A stretch of 64,000 bases of DNA from Candidatus Limiplasma sp. (GCA_963675925.2 CAXXIB010000002.1:77558-141557), one strand, 5' to 3'. Numbered from the stretch's first letter, positions 28,507-38,954 are shown. Program-made: numbers and translations. Notes: a model not told the origin generated them from the sequence alone.

Positions 28507-28634
28507 TGTAACCGAAATAGAACAAATAACCGGAAAAACGTTTCAAACCACATCCATCCGTCTATTCTTGGAATAAACAGGACCGGACAATCGTTATATA
28601 CTTTGCACCCAAAACGTTACGGAGGCATCCGATT

Positions 28635-31397
28635 ATGAAACGAATGATTATTCTGGGCTTGGCCGTGTTGTTCATCGTAACACTGCTGCCGGTGTTTCAA
28701 GCCGCGGCAGCGGAGTACGGCACTGTAGTTGGCGGGCGACTTCGTCTGCGCGCCGCCCCGTCTTACGATGCGACTATTATTAAGTACTATAATACCGGTA
28801 CAGTGGTCGAAATTCTCGGCACCAGCGGGGATTGGTACAGCGTGAAAGCGCCGGACAATCAAGCGGGATATATGCATTCGGACTATATCACCCTGGGCGG
28901 AACACCCGGTGCTTTAACCAAGTATGTGTACAGTTCCAACGGCTACGGCGTGCGCCTGCGCACCGGCCCCAGTAAAGGCTACCGCATCCTGGCCGTATAC
29001 CCCGTCGGAACCCAGGTCAGCGTTTTGCAGACCGGCACCATCTGGAGCCGCATTCAGATTGGCGAAACCGTCGGGTTTATGATGAGCGAGTTTTTAACCT
29101 CCAGCGATCCCGGTACAACGCCGGCACCCTCCGGCGACGATCTTGCGACCGTTTGGAGTTCCAATGGCTACGGCGTGCGCCTGCGCTCCGGCCCCAGCAC
29201 CAGCTATTCCATCATCGGTCTGTACTCCGTAGGCACCCGTGTGGATGTACTGGAGCGCGGCAGCGACTGGGATCGTATCAAGGTCGGCAGCCGTATTGGC
29301 TATATGATGAACGAATTTCTGATTTACGATGATCCGGACGCGACCGAAGCGACCGGCATCACCGTGACCGCCGATTACCCCACCGGTATGCAGGACGAAT
29401 ATGTGGACTTGGATGTGACCGTCACCGGTACGGACCTGTCCTCTCCCGCGTATACACTTTCTATTACCGACAATGCCAGCATGGCGGAAATTGTCAGCGG
29501 GCAACTGCACATTTATTCAACAGCAACCGTCGGCGCTGTCATTGAAGTGACCGCCACGACCACCGATGACGATGAAAACGGCGATCCGCTGACCGATACC
29601 TGCACCGTCACCGTGACGGCAGCCGAGCCCCGCGTGATCGCGTTCTCCTTTGACGATAGCGAAACGACCGTGTCCATCGCCGGGGGCGATGTGGAACGCC
29701 GCATCGGCTACTCCATCAGCGGTTATAACCTGACAGCGCCGCGCCTGTCTCTTGCGGTATCGGCGGAAGCGGGCGGCAATGTCGTTGCCACGGTTGACGA
29801 AGCTGCCGAAGAGATTGTTCTTAACATCAGTTCAGCCATTGCCGATGGTGTTGTGTTCACCGTAACCGGCACCACCACCGCCGACGATGCAGGCGGCAAC
29901 CCCAAAACCGACACCCTGACCGTAACCATTACCAGCGATGCGCTGACCCTGACCTCCATTGAGCTGATTCCTGAGGATACCACCCTCCGTTTTGACGAAA
30001 CCACCAACATCAACGCCAAATTGCATTATTCAAACGGTTCCTATACGACAGCAACATTCACCACGGAATACACGCTGGCGGTCTCGTCCGGCTCAACCTA
30101 TGCGGCGCTTAGCGGCAAGGTGCTGATCCCCGACGATGCTGCGCTGGTGGGAGTTGAAAACCAAACAATTGAAATCACCGGTACATCTGTAGACGATCCT
30201 AGCTTGACCGATACTTGCGAGGTACTGCTCTATGGCCGCAACGAGCCGGACGCACCGGTGCTGACCGATGCCGATCCTGCGCACGAAACCGTCAGCCTGA
30301 CCTGGACCGCACCTGCCAGTGACGGCGGGGATGACCTGACGGCATACAAGGCCTACTACAGCCTGACCGAGGGCGGCGCGAAAAACGCACTGAGCACGAC
30401 CATCAACCCCGGCGACACCAGCTATGATGCCACCGGGCTGATTGACGGCACTGCCTATTACTTCTGGCTGGTGGCTACCAATGCCCAGGGTGACAGCGCG
30501 TACTCCAATTATCTGGTCGCTACCCCCAACCCCGGCCCGCCCAGCGCCGTACAGGGACTGGCGGTTGCCAGCCGCGGCGACGGGTTTGTGGAACTTTCCT
30601 GGTCCGCCCCGGCCGATACCGGTGGCACAGGCGTTGCCATCGACCACTACCGCGTATATGTGGACAGCGTGGAGTACGATGTGGCCGGCCGCTCCAGCAC
30701 AACCACCAAGATGATTACAGGGCTGACAAACGCGCAGACCTATGAGTTCATGGTCATCGCCGTCAACTCCGCAGAGGTCGGCGATCCTGCAACCATTTCT
30801 TCTAACCCCGTCGGCACACCGGATGCGCCGACCATCACCCAAAACGTGGAAGGGTTTGAATCAATTTATATCTCCTGGCTGCCGGACGCTGATACAGGCG
30901 GCAATGCCATTGCAGACTACGACCTGTATATCAAAGTCGCCACCGATCCCGATCCGGGCAGCCCCACGGTCTCTGCGCTGGCGGATACGGAATATACCTT
31001 CTCCGGCCTTGCCAATGTAGAGTACGAGATCTGGCTTACGGCCAACAACGGCTACTACGACAGCGCTGAAAGCGCGCGGGAAACCAACACCCCGTATGTC
31101 GCGCCCAGCGCGCCGCAGAACCTGGCGGTGGATAACTCCGTTGCCAACACGGCGACGGTTACCTGGGAAGCACCGGCTACGACCGGTGGGCAAGCCATTA
31201 CCCACTACTTGCTTGAGTATAGCCCCACCGGCGGTAGTCCCGACTCCCCCATTGAAGTCACGGCTGCTACCCTGTCCCAGCTGATTGAAAGCCTGTCCGC
31301 AGGGAATTATAGCTTCTCCGTCAAAGCCAGCAACGATGGCGGTGCGCACTACAGCACAGCTGCCACCAGCGGCGCAATTGCGATTTCGGATCCGTAA
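28635..31397 (+). CDS. Large secreted protein: signal peptide, 3 SH3b domains, about 3 Ig-like modules and 4 fibronectin type III domains
   Basis: The signal peptide is MKRMIILGLAVLFIVTLLPVFQAAAA. SH3b repeats are present (GYGVRLRTGPS / GYGVRLRSGPS ...GYMM.EFL). The FN3 repeats carry W.AP...GG..I..Y.. signatures. There is no catalytic domain, LPXTG motif or C-terminal TM segment. Confidence 0.8.
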   Translation: MKRMIILGLAVLFIVTLLPVFQAAAAEYGTVVGGRLRLRAAPSYDATIIKYYNTGTVVEILGTSGDWYSVKAPDNQAGYMHSDYITLGGTPGALTKYVYSSNGYGVRLRTGPSKGYRILAVYPVGTQVSVLQTGTIWSRIQIGETVGFMMSEFLTSSDPGTTPAPSGDDLATVWSSNGYGVRLRSGPSTSYSIIGLYSVGTRVDVLERGSDWDRIKVGSRIGYMMNEFLIYDDPDATEATGITVTADYPTGMQDEYVDLDVTVTGTDLSSPAYTLSITDNASMAEIVSGQLHIYSTATVGAVIEVTATTTDDDENGDPLTDTCTVTVTAAEPRVIAFSFDDSETTVSIAGGDVERRIGYSISGYNLTAPRLSLAVSAEAGGNVVATVDEAAEEIVLNISSAIADGVVFTVTGTTTADDAGGNPKTDTLTVTITSDALTLTSIELIPEDTTLRFDETTNINAKLHYSNGSYTTATFTTEYTLAVSSGSTYAALSGKVLIPDDAALVGVENQTIEITGTSVDDPSLTDTCEVLLYGRNEPDAPVLTDADPAHETVSLTWTAPASDGGDDLTAYKAYYSLTEGGAKNALSTTINPGDTSYDATGLIDGTAYYFWLVATNAQGDSAYSNYLVATPNPGPPSAVQGLAVASRGDGFVELSWSAPADTGGTGVAIDHYRVYVDSVEYDVAGRSSTTTKMITGLTNAQTYEFMVIAVNSAEVGDPATISSNPVGTPDAPTITQNVEGFESIYISWLPDADTGGNAIADYDLYIKVATDPDPGSPTVSALADTEYTFSGLANVEYEIWLTANNGYYDSAESARETNTPYVAPSAPQNLAVDNSVANTATVTWEAPATTGGQAITHYLLEYSPTGGSPDSPIEVTAATLSQLIESLSAGNYSFSVKASNDGGAHYSTAATSGAIAISDP

Positions 31398-31410
31398 TCA
31401 ACCCTCACGC

Positions 31411-31439
31411 AAAAACCTCCGGGAAACCGGAGGTTTTTT
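31411..31439 (+). terminator. Rho-independent terminator
   Basis: The hairpin is AAAAACCTCCGG-gaaa-CCGGAGGTTTTTTG. Confidence 0.85.
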
Positions 31440-31544
31440 GTTTGCAGAAACCAATGTGCGGGTATGCATTAACCATTGACGCACACTGTTTTCTATGCTA
31501 TTCTGATAGCGAACACACATTCCCCCATCGATAAGGAGTTCACT

Positions 31545-33554
31545 GTGAATAAGTTTGTACTGCAAGCGCCCTATCAGGCCAGCGGTGATCAGCCTACGGC
31601 CATCGCCAGCCTGGCAGAGGGTATTGAAAACGGGTTGAAAGATCAGGTGCTGCTGGGGGTAACCGGCAGCGGCAAGACGTTTACCATGGCATCGGTCATC
31701 GAGCGCGTGCAAAAACCCACGCTGGTCATCGCGCACAATAAGACGCTTGCCGCCCAGCTTTGCTCGGAGTTTCGCGCGTTCTTCCCAGACAGCGCCGTGG
31801 AATACTTCGTCAGCTATTATGACTATTATCAGCCGGAGGCCTATATCCCCTCCACCGATACCTATATCGACAAGGATGCCTCCATCAACGAAGAAATCGA
31901 CCGCCTGCGCCACTCGGCCACGGCCGCCGTGCGTGAACGTAAAGATGTGATTATCGTCGCCAGCGTATCGGCTATATACTCCATGGGTGATCCCAGCGAA
32001 TACTCCAGCATGACCGTCAGCCTGCGGCCGGGCATACAAATCAGCCGCGACAAGGTGATTGAACGCTTGATTGATATCCAATACGTGCGCAACGATATCG
32101 ACTTTACACGCGGCAGCTTCCGCGTGCGCGGCGATGTACTGGAGATTATCCCCTCTAACGAACGCGAACATGCCATACGCGTGGAGTTCTTCGGTGATGA
32201 GATCGAGCGGATTCGCGAGGTGGAAGTCGTATCTGGCAATGTGATTGCCACCCTGGAGCACGCGATGGTCTACCCCGCCACGCACTACGCCATGGAACGC
32301 GATACCATGAACGAGCACCTGGAGGAGATTGAGCGGGATATGGAGCTGCGTGTGCAGGAGCTGACCGACGAGGGGCAGCCGCTGTACGCCATGCGTCTAC
32401 GCCAGCGCACCCAGTATGATATTGAAATGATACGCCAAATTGGCAGCTGTTCAGGCATTGAAAACTACAGCCGCTATTTCGATGGCCGCAAGCCCGGCGA
32501 TGCACCGTTCTGCCTGCTGGATTATTTCCCTGACGATTACCTGATGATTATCGACGAAAGCCATGTAACCGTGCCCCAGATTCGCGCGATGTACAATGGC
32601 GACCGGGCCAGGAAAAAGTCGCTGGTTGACTACGGCTTCCGCCTGCCGTCGGCCTTTGATAACCGCCCGCTGTTGTTTGAAGAATTCAGGCAGCGGCAAA
32701 ACCAGACCCTGTATGTCAGCGCAACACCGGCAAGCTACGAGCAAACCCTCGCCCAGAACATCGTAGAGCAGATCATCCGCCCCACGGGGCTGCTTGATCC
32801 GCTGGTGGTGCTTCGCAAAGCCACCGGCCAGGTGGACGATCTGATTGGCGAAATTCACACCACCGTAGACCGGGGTGAACGCGTGCTGGTAACGACGCTG
32901 ACCAAGCGCATGGCCGAAAGCCTGACGGAGTACTTACGGGGGCTGAATATCCGCGTGCGCTACCTGCATTCCGATATCCAGACCATGGAACGCTCCGTAT
33001 TGATCCGCGATCTGCGCCTTGGCGAGTTTGATGTACTGGTCGGTATAAACCTGCTGCGTGAGGGGCTGGATATGCCGGAGGTCAGCTTGGTGGCCATTTT
33101 GGATGCCGACAAGGAAGGCTTCTTACGGTCGGAAACATCGCTGGTGCAAACCATCGGGCGTGCAGCCCGCAACCTGAACGGACGGGTGATTCTCTATGGT
33201 GATCAGCTGACCGACAGCATGATGAAAGCCATCAACGAAACCAACCGCCGCCGTGCCTTGCAAGAGGCGTACAACAAGCTTCACGGCATCACACCGCAAA
33301 GCGTGCAATCCACCGTGCAGGCGCTGCTGCGCATTACCAATGCGTTTGCCGCCAATCCGGAAAGCAACATCAGCGAGGAAGAGCGCGAAGAGCTGCTCAA
33401 AACCATTGAAGATCAGATGCTCTCTGCCGCTAAAGATCTGGACTTTGAAAAGGCCGCCAAACTGCGTGATGAACTGTTTAACTTGCAGGGTCAGAAAAAG
33501 GAAGTACAGAAACCGCAGATGCGCCGCCGCAAGCCAAAGCGTGTCCTGCGCTGA
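31545..33554 (+). CDS. uvrB: Excinuclease ABC subunit B
   Basis: A GTG start follows AAGGAG. The sequence is [19 protein letters not shown]......[12 protein letters not shown], with helicase motifs and a C-terminal UVR domain. Confidence 0.95.
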   Translation: MNKFVLQAPYQASGDQPTAIASLAEGIENGLKDQVLLGVTGSGKTFTMASVIERVQKPTLVIAHNKTLAAQLCSEFRAFFPDSAVEYFVSYYDYYQPEAYIPSTDTYIDKDASINEEIDRLRHSATAAVRERKDVIIVASVSAIYSMGDPSEYSSMTVSLRPGIQISRDKVIERLIDIQYVRNDIDFTRGSFRVRGDVLEIIPSNEREHAIRVEFFGDEIERIREVEVVSGNVIATLEHAMVYPATHYAMERDTMNEHLEEIERDMELRVQELTDEGQPLYAMRLRQRTQYDIEMIRQIGSCSGIENYSRYFDGRKPGDAPFCLLDYFPDDYLMIIDESHVTVPQIRAMYNGDRARKKSLVDYGFRLPSAFDNRPLLFEEFRQRQNQTLYVSATPASYEQTLAQNIVEQIIRPTGLLDPLVVLRKATGQVDDLIGEIHTTVDRGERVLVTTLTKRMAESLTEYLRGLNIRVRYLHSDIQTMERSVLIRDLRLGEFDVLVGINLLREGLDMPEVSLVAILDADKEGFLRSETSLVQTIGRAARNLNGRVILYGDQLTDSMMKAINETNRRRALQEAYNKLHGITPQSVQSTVQALLRITNAFAANPESNISEEEREELLKTIEDQMLSAAKDLDFEKAAKLRDELFNLQGQKKEVQKPQMRRRKPKRVLR

Positions 33555-33596
33555 TACAAAGTACCGCAGCACTGGCTACAATGCCGCTAGATTTTC

Positions 33597-33622
33597 AAGC
33601 CTTCCGGACAGCCGGAGGGCTT
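33597..33622 (+). terminator. Possible terminator hairpin after uvrB (weak U-tract)
   Basis: The hairpin AAGCCTTCCGG-acag-CCGGAGGGCTT contains one G-U pair and is followed by GTCTCTGTCTCTC. Confidence 0.4.
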
Positions 33623-33774
33623 GTCTCTGTCTCTCTATACCCGATGATGCAGGCAAAGCATACCCAGAATTGCCCTATCTACTTTCGCTACCCTACCGGT
33701 TCTTTTTATGGTAAAATACACGTACAACGCCAACGTTTCGACCCGACGGATTCAAAGCAAGTTGGAGATGACAT

Positions 33775-34899
33775 ATGTTTAGCATAATCAATCTTGAGTA
33801 TAGCGATCTTCTTATTTTCAGTGTTTTAATCAGTCTTGTTTTATATTGGTTCCTCAGCAAGGAGGCCTCTCGCCGCAGTCATTCTACCATCTTGTTCCAG
33901 CGTTTCACGGTGTCGCTGATCATCGCGGGTGTCATGGAGGTTGCCTCCTGGTTGATTGCCATCCCCGGCAAACCCGCCCTGATCCCCATACACTATGGGG
34001 TGAACGTGCTGTTTTTTAGCGTTAATCTTTTGCCGGCATCGCTGGGGCTTTGCTATATGGACTATATCATCACGCTTTCAAAAGAAGGCAACAAAAAGCG
34101 CAGCTACCTGTACCTGCTTCCGGTGTATGTCAATATCGCGCTGATCATCGTCAACTTTTTTAGCGACGGATTCCTGTTCCGGGTCGACGCAAACAATGTG
34201 TATGTCCGGGGGATTGGCTCTCCTATTGGCAACGGGTTCACGGTCGTGTTTGCGATTATCGTCATCGCCTGGTTTTATCGCAGACGGCAAATGATTACCG
34301 GTCGCATCACCCAGGTCATCGTGGTGCTGACCCTGCTCCCGATCGCCGGCGTTACACTGCAGATGCTGTTCTTTGGACTGTCGCTGGGTATTCCGATGTA
34401 TGTGCTGGCGGCGTTCATCACCTTTATGCTGATGGAGCGGCACGAACTGCAAAAAGACCCGCTGACAACCCTGCATTCCCGCGCCCAGCTGGAAAGCAGG
34501 CTGCAATACAAGCTGCGTTGCCCGGACCCTTTCACCGTTATGATGATCGATATCAACGGATTTAAGAACATCAACGATGTCTACGGTCATACAGTTGGCG
34601 ATCAGGTGCTCAAGGATGTTTCCAAAGTGCTGCAGTCCCATGCCAATTACGAGGATTTTGTCTGCCGTTTCGGCGGGGATGAGTTTTTTGTGATTCTGGA
34701 ATCCACACTGGATATCGGGTCGTCATACATGAAGCGTATCGACCAGACCTTGTCCAGCTATTCCAATGGTAAGCCGTTCAGTACATCGCTGAGTTTTGGC
34801 ATCGTGTATGTAGACCATAGCAAGCCATATGATGTGGATGAGCTGGTGGAAATCACAGATCAGCTCATGTACAAGGATAAAATCTGCCGCAAGCAATAA
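33775..34899 (+). CDS. Membrane-bound diguanylate cyclase (GGDEF domain)
   Basis: About six N-terminal TM helices are followed by the cyclase domain DINGFKNINDVYGHTVGDQVL...RFGGDEFFVIL. Confidence 0.88.
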   Translation: MFSIINLEYSDLLIFSVLISLVLYWFLSKEASRRSHSTILFQRFTVSLIIAGVMEVASWLIAIPGKPALIPIHYGVNVLFFSVNLLPASLGLCYMDYIITLSKEGNKKRSYLYLLPVYVNIALIIVNFFSDGFLFRVDANNVYVRGIGSPIGNGFTVVFAIIVIAWFYRRRQMITGRITQVIVVLTLLPIAGVTLQMLFFGLSLGIPMYVLAAFITFMLMERHELQKDPLTTLHSRAQLESRLQYKLRCPDPFTVMMIDINGFKNINDVYGHTVGDQVLKDVSKVLQSHANYEDFVCRFGGDEFFVILESTLDIGSSYMKRIDQTLSSYSNGKPFSTSLSFGIVYVDHSKPYDVDELVEITDQLMYKDKICRKQ

Positions 34900-34913
34900 G
34901 TGCGCATCAAAAT

Positions 34914-34938
34914 GCCACCCACAGGGGTGGCTTTTTTA
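34914..34938. terminator. Terminator between the convergent GGDEF and citrate synthase genes
   Basis: The hairpin is GCCACCC-acag-GGGTGGCTTTTTTAT. Confidence 0.8.
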
Positions 34939-34977
34939 TGTTACTGTTTTTTCACCTAAGAGCTAAAACTTACGCAC

Positions 34978-36348
34978 TTAGCCGCGTTCTTCCAGTGCTT
35001 GGTACTCCCGCCGGGGGAAGACTGCCATATACGCCGGACGAATGATTTTGTCCATGTTGATCAGCTCTTCCATACGGTGTGCGCTCCAGCCAACGATACG
35101 CGCAATGGCGAAGATCGGCGTGAACATCTCCTCGGGGATGCCCAGCATGGAATACACCAGACCGCTGAAGAAGTCCACATTCGCGCTGACCCCTTTGTAG
35201 ATGCGGCGTTCGCTGGTAATCACCTTGGGGGCAAGGCGCTCCACCATGGAATACAATGCGTACTCCTCACGGTGACACTTTTCGTTACAGAGCTCTTCCA
35301 CAAACGATTTAAACACCCGCGCACGCGGATCGCTAACGGAGTATACCGCATGGCCGATACCGTAAATCAGGCCCTTCTTGTCAAACGCTTCCTTATGCAA
35401 AAGCTTGAGCAGATAGGCTTCCACGGCTTCTTCATCGGTCGTGTCGGATACGTTGTTTTTCAGGTCGTTCATCATCTGCACAACCTTGATATTCGCACCG
35501 CCGTGCTTGGGGCCTTTCAGGCTTGCCAGCGCTGCCGCGATTGCCGAATACGTATCGGTGCCCGATGACGTAACCACATGCGTAGTGAAGGAGGAGTTAT
35601 TACCGCCGCCGTGCTCCATATGCAAAATCAGCGCTAAATCCAGCACCTGTGCTTCCAGCGCCGTGTACTTCATATCCGGCCGAAGCATATGCAACAGGTT
35701 CTCCGCCGCCGACAGCTTGGGGTCGGGACGGTGGATGTACATACTCTGATCCTGCTCGTAATGGTTAAACGCGTGATAGCCGTAAACAGCCAGCATCGGG
35801 AATACCGCGATCAGGCGCAGGCATTGCCGCAGTGTATTGCTGATGGAAAGGTCGGACGCATTGGAATCGTAGCTTGCCAGGGTCAGCACGCTGCGGCTTA
35901 AGGAATTCATCATATCTGCGCTGGGGGCTTTCATAATTACGTCCCGCACAAAGTTTGTCGGCAAATTCCTGTTGTCCGCAATCAGGTCGGTAAACTCCTG
36001 CAGTCTCTCCTGGGTGGGCAGTTCACCATACAACAGCAAATAGGCGATCTCTTCAAATCCAAAACGGGATTCGCGGTTCACGCCATTGACCAGGTCGTTA
36101 ATATTGTAGCCTCTGTACCATAAATGGCCGTCAGCCTGTGTCAGTTTGCCGTCCACTTCGGCGCGGCCCTGAATTTCCGAAATATTCGTCAGCCCCGCAA
36201 GGACGCCTTTACCGTTTTCATCGCGCAGTCCGCGCTTGACGCCATACTTGGAGTATAACGTTTTATCAATCGTCGCGCCCCGAACCAAAGCCTGTTCGTT
36301 ATCCCTGGCATACTCTTGGAGCCGGTCAAATGGTGTTTTGATTTCCAT
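34978..36348 (-). CDS. Citrate synthase (citrate/2-methylcitrate synthase family)
   Basis: An ATG (MEIKTPFD) lies 8 nt after GAGGAAG, and a GTG 9 nt upstream is also possible. Conserved motifs are HMEHGGGNNS, GPKHGGAN and GIGHAVY. Confidence 0.9.
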   Translation of the reverse strand: MEIKTPFDRLQEYARDNEQALVRGATIDKTLYSKYGVKRGLRDENGKGVLAGLTNISEIQGRAEVDGKLTQADGHLWYRGYNINDLVNGVNRESRFGFEEIAYLLLYGELPTQERLQEFTDLIADNRNLPTNFVRDVIMKAPSADMMNSLSRSVLTLASYDSNASDLSISNTLRQCLRLIAVFPMLAVYGYHAFNHYEQDQSMYIHRPDPKLSAAENLLHMLRPDMKYTALEAQVLDLALILHMEHGGGNNSSFTTHVVTSSGTDTYSAIAAALASLKGPKHGGANIKVVQMMNDLKNNVSDTTDEEAVEAYLLKLLHKEAFDKKGLIYGIGHAVYSVSDPRARVFKSFVEELCNEKCHREEYALYSMVERLAPKVITSERRIYKGVSANVDFFSGLVYSMLGIPEEMFTPIFAIARIVGWSAHRMEELINMDKIIRPAYMAVFPRREYQALEERG

Positions 36349-36360
36349 GGGCTTCACTTC

Positions 36361-36403
36361 CTCTCTGTTCCACTACACTATTAAAGTATAGTGGAACAGA
36401 GAG
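36361..36403. promoter_or_regulatory. Perfect 15-bp inverted repeat (13-nt spacer) between the copA stop and the citrate synthase SD
   Basis: The repeat is CTCTCTGTTCCACTA-N13-TAGTGGAACAGAGAG. On the minus-strand mRNA the 3' arm runs into the AGAGAGGAAG SD of citrate synthase. Confidence 0.5.
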
Positions 36404-36410
36404 CTTTTAG

Positions 36411-38954
36411 TCAAGAAATGCCGCGAACGCTGTAGCCCGCATCCTCGACTGCCTGAATCAACAAAGCGTTGGACAGGGTCTGGTTTGCGGTGACTTCGGC
36501 AGCCTGTTTGTCCAGGTCTACCGTGGCACTGAGAACACCCACAACACCGCGCAGTGCTTCCTCCACGGCCTTCTTACAGTGGTTGCAGTTCATGCCGTCA
36601 ATATGCATTAAGAGCGTTTTAGACTCCTGTGTTTTGTTTTCAATGTCGGTTTCAGCTTGCATTCTAACTAAGGGGGTGATGTTTCCTCTGAAATCGTTCA
36701 TAGGGTTCTCCTTTCGGTTGTCGATAGTAAATCGTTTCAGCCTGAGGGCGTTGGTTACAACGGTCACGGAGCTCAGGCTCATCGCCGCGGCCGCGATCAT
36801 CGGACTCAGCGTAATCCCAAAGAACGGGTACAGTAGCCCCGCGGCAATGGGAATGCCGATGACATTGTAGAAAAATGCCCAGAACAGGTTTTGCTTGATG
36901 TTGCGGATTACCGCGCGGCTCAGGCGTATGGCATCGGGCACATTGCGCAGCTGCTGGCCGCTCAAAATCACATCCGCGGTCTCCATGGCAATATCCGTTC
37001 CCGATGCCATGGCCAGACCCACATCCGCCTGTTTCAGCGCCGGTGCATCGTTAATGCCATCCCCGACCATCGCCACAGCCAACCCATTTGCTTGCAGGGT
37101 TTTGACCTGCTCGGACTTATCGGCAGGCAATACTTCGGCCATGATGTCAGCAATACCCGCCTCATGGGCGATGGCCATCGCGGCTTCCTTGCGGTCGCCG
37201 GTTAAAAGCCACGGCTTAACATGCAGGTCTTTTAGGGCCTGCACAGCCAGCGCTGCATCCGGTTTGATGGTATCGGCAATGCCCAGGAAGCCCAGCAAAC
37301 GCTGACCCCTGGCAAAACAGAGCACCGATACACCCTGCGCACCGATTTCGGCAAGCTGTGCCTGATAGCCAGCCATCGGGATACCGTTTTGCGCCATCCA
37401 TTCCGGTTTTCCCGCAAAGGCGGACTCGCCCGCTATGTCAGCGGAAAGGCCAAATCCGGCCGTTGCCTTGAAGTTTTGCACGGTTTCGGGCACAACGCCA
37501 TGCTGCGTGCCATATTGGATCACGGCTTTCGCCAAAGGATGTTCACTGCCCGCTTCCAGCGTAACGGCTGCCTGCAAGAGTTCTTGCTCTAATATCCCAT
37601 CAGCAGGTACAACGGCGTGGACCGTCATTTTTCCTTCGGTCAAGGTTCCGGTCTTGTCAAAGACAATATGCTTCACGCGATGTAAGGTTTCCAGCGCTTC
37701 GCCGTTGCGAAACAGCAATCCGTGCAGCGCGCCAACCCCTGTGCCGACCATAATCGCCACCGGCGTTGCCAGCCCCAAGGCGCAGGGGCAGGAGATAACC
37801 AGCACGGTAATTGCCATGCTGAGCGAGAAGGAAAAGCCTTCCCCCGCGATCATCCATACGGCAAAGGTGACCAGCGAGATTCCCATCACAATCGGTACAA
37901 ACACGCCGGATATTTTATCCGCCAGTTTGGCAATCGGCGCTTTGCTTGCGCCCGCCTCCGATACCAGCTGGATGATTTTCTGCAAGGTCGTGTCTTCTCC
38001 TACATTCGTAGCTTCCATTAGGAAGGTAAACGCCGGGTTGAGACTGCCGGCCACCAGCGTATCGCCCTTGTGTTTATCCACAGGCAGGCTTTCGCCTGTG
38101 ATGTGCGACTGGTCTACAGTGATGTCGCCTTCAATCAGCGTACCGTCAACGGGAATACGCTCGCCAGGGCGAATGCGCAGTACGTCGCCGGTGCGTACCT
38201 GCTGGGTGGCGACAACCATCTCCTGTCCATCCCGAATCACACGGACAGTATCAGGCGCAAGCGCCATCAGCTTTTTAATGGCTTCGGTGGTGCGCCCTTT
38301 GGCTCGCGCTTCCAGGCTGCGGCCCAGGGTAACCAGGGTTAGTATCATCACGGCGGACTCAAAGTATAGGTTGCCGGAAAGTTCATTCACACGCATGCCC
38401 TGCGCCATAGACATCTGCAGCAAAATGACGATGCCGTACACATACGCCGCGCCGCTGCCTACCGCAATCAGGCTGTCCATATTCGGTGCACGGCGCACAA
38501 GCAGCTTAAGTCCGTTGCTGAAATACGCACGGTTGATAAACAGCACCGGTGTTGCCAACAGCAGCTGCAACAGCGCATTGGTCATCGGGTATTGTTCCAT
38601 TTGTAAAAACGCGGGCATCGGGAGCCCCAGCATCTGCCCCATGCCGATCATCATCAGTGGGACAAGGAAAATAAGCGAAGTCCAGAAACGGACGCGCATA
38701 GGCTCTTTGGGCTGTGTTTCAGGGTCTTGTGCTGTCTCTTTTGTGGGCTTGCTTGCAATCGCGTGGTACCCGGCATGGTCGACTGCGGACACAATCTCCG
38801 TTTCGTGCGCAGCCCCGTCGCTGGTTTTCACACGCATGGAGTTACCAAGCAAATCAACCTGCACGTCTTCCACGAACGGCAGTTTGCGAACCGCTTTATC
38901 AACATGTGCGCTGCAAGCAGCACAGGTCATACCTTCTACGCGGTATCGTTCCAT
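36411..38954 (-). CDS. copA: Copper-translocating P1B-type ATPase with N-terminal and C-terminal HMA domains
   Basis: The N-terminal HMA motif is GMTCAACSAH. The core motifs are CPC (SCPCALGLATP), DKTGTLT and GDGINDAP. A C-terminal HMA motif, GMNCNHCKKAVEEAL, is also present. An ATG (MERYRVEG) follows AGGAGG. Confidence 0.92.
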   Translation of the reverse strand: MERYRVEGMTCAACSAHVDKAVRKLPFVEDVQVDLLGNSMRVKTSDGAAHETEIVSAVDHAGYHAIASKPTKETAQDPETQPKEPMRVRFWTSLIFLVPLMMIGMGQMLGLPMPAFLQMEQYPMTNALLQLLLATPVLFINRAYFSNGLKLLVRRAPNMDSLIAVGSGAAYVYGIVILLQMSMAQGMRVNELSGNLYFESAVMILTLVTLGRSLEARAKGRTTEAIKKLMALAPDTVRVIRDGQEMVVATQQVRTGDVLRIRPGERIPVDGTLIEGDITVDQSHITGESLPVDKHKGDTLVAGSLNPAFTFLMEATNVGEDTTLQKIIQLVSEAGASKAPIAKLADKISGVFVPIVMGISLVTFAVWMIAGEGFSFSLSMAITVLVISCPCALGLATPVAIMVGTGVGALHGLLFRNGEALETLHRVKHIVFDKTGTLTEGKMTVHAVVPADGILEQELLQAAVTLEAGSEHPLAKAVIQYGTQHGVVPETVQNFKATAGFGLSADIAGESAFAGKPEWMAQNGIPMAGYQAQLAEIGAQGVSVLCFARGQRLLGFLGIADTIKPDAALAVQALKDLHVKPWLLTGDRKEAAMAIAHEAGIADIMAEVLPADKSEQVKTLQANGLAVAMVGDGINDAPALKQADVGLAMASGTDIAMETADVILSGQQLRNVPDAIRLSRAVIRNIKQNLFWAFFYNVIGIPIAAGLLYPFFGITLSPMIAAAAMSLSSVTVVTNALRLKRFTIDNRKENPMNDFRGNITPLVRMQAETDIENKTQESKTLLMHIDGMNCNHCKKAVEEALRGVVGVLSATVDLDKQAAEVTANQTLSNALLIQAVEDAGYSVRGIS

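Noticed and set aside
33581-33787. A 68-aa ORF in the uvrB-GGDEF intergenic region. Similar small ORFs occur at 50418-50714 and 52367-52642.
   Set aside because: None has a convincing SD. They have odd composition and overlap terminators or neighbouring starts. They are treated as non-coding, although 52419-52680 is kept as a low-priority finding for possible RNA.
33555-34977. The AT-richer GGDEF locus as a possible genomic islet or mobile element.
   Set aside because: There are no flanking direct repeats, no tRNA and no integrase or transposase. It is a single gene whose AT-richness is concentrated in the membrane-domain part, so it is kept only as a low-interest composition note.
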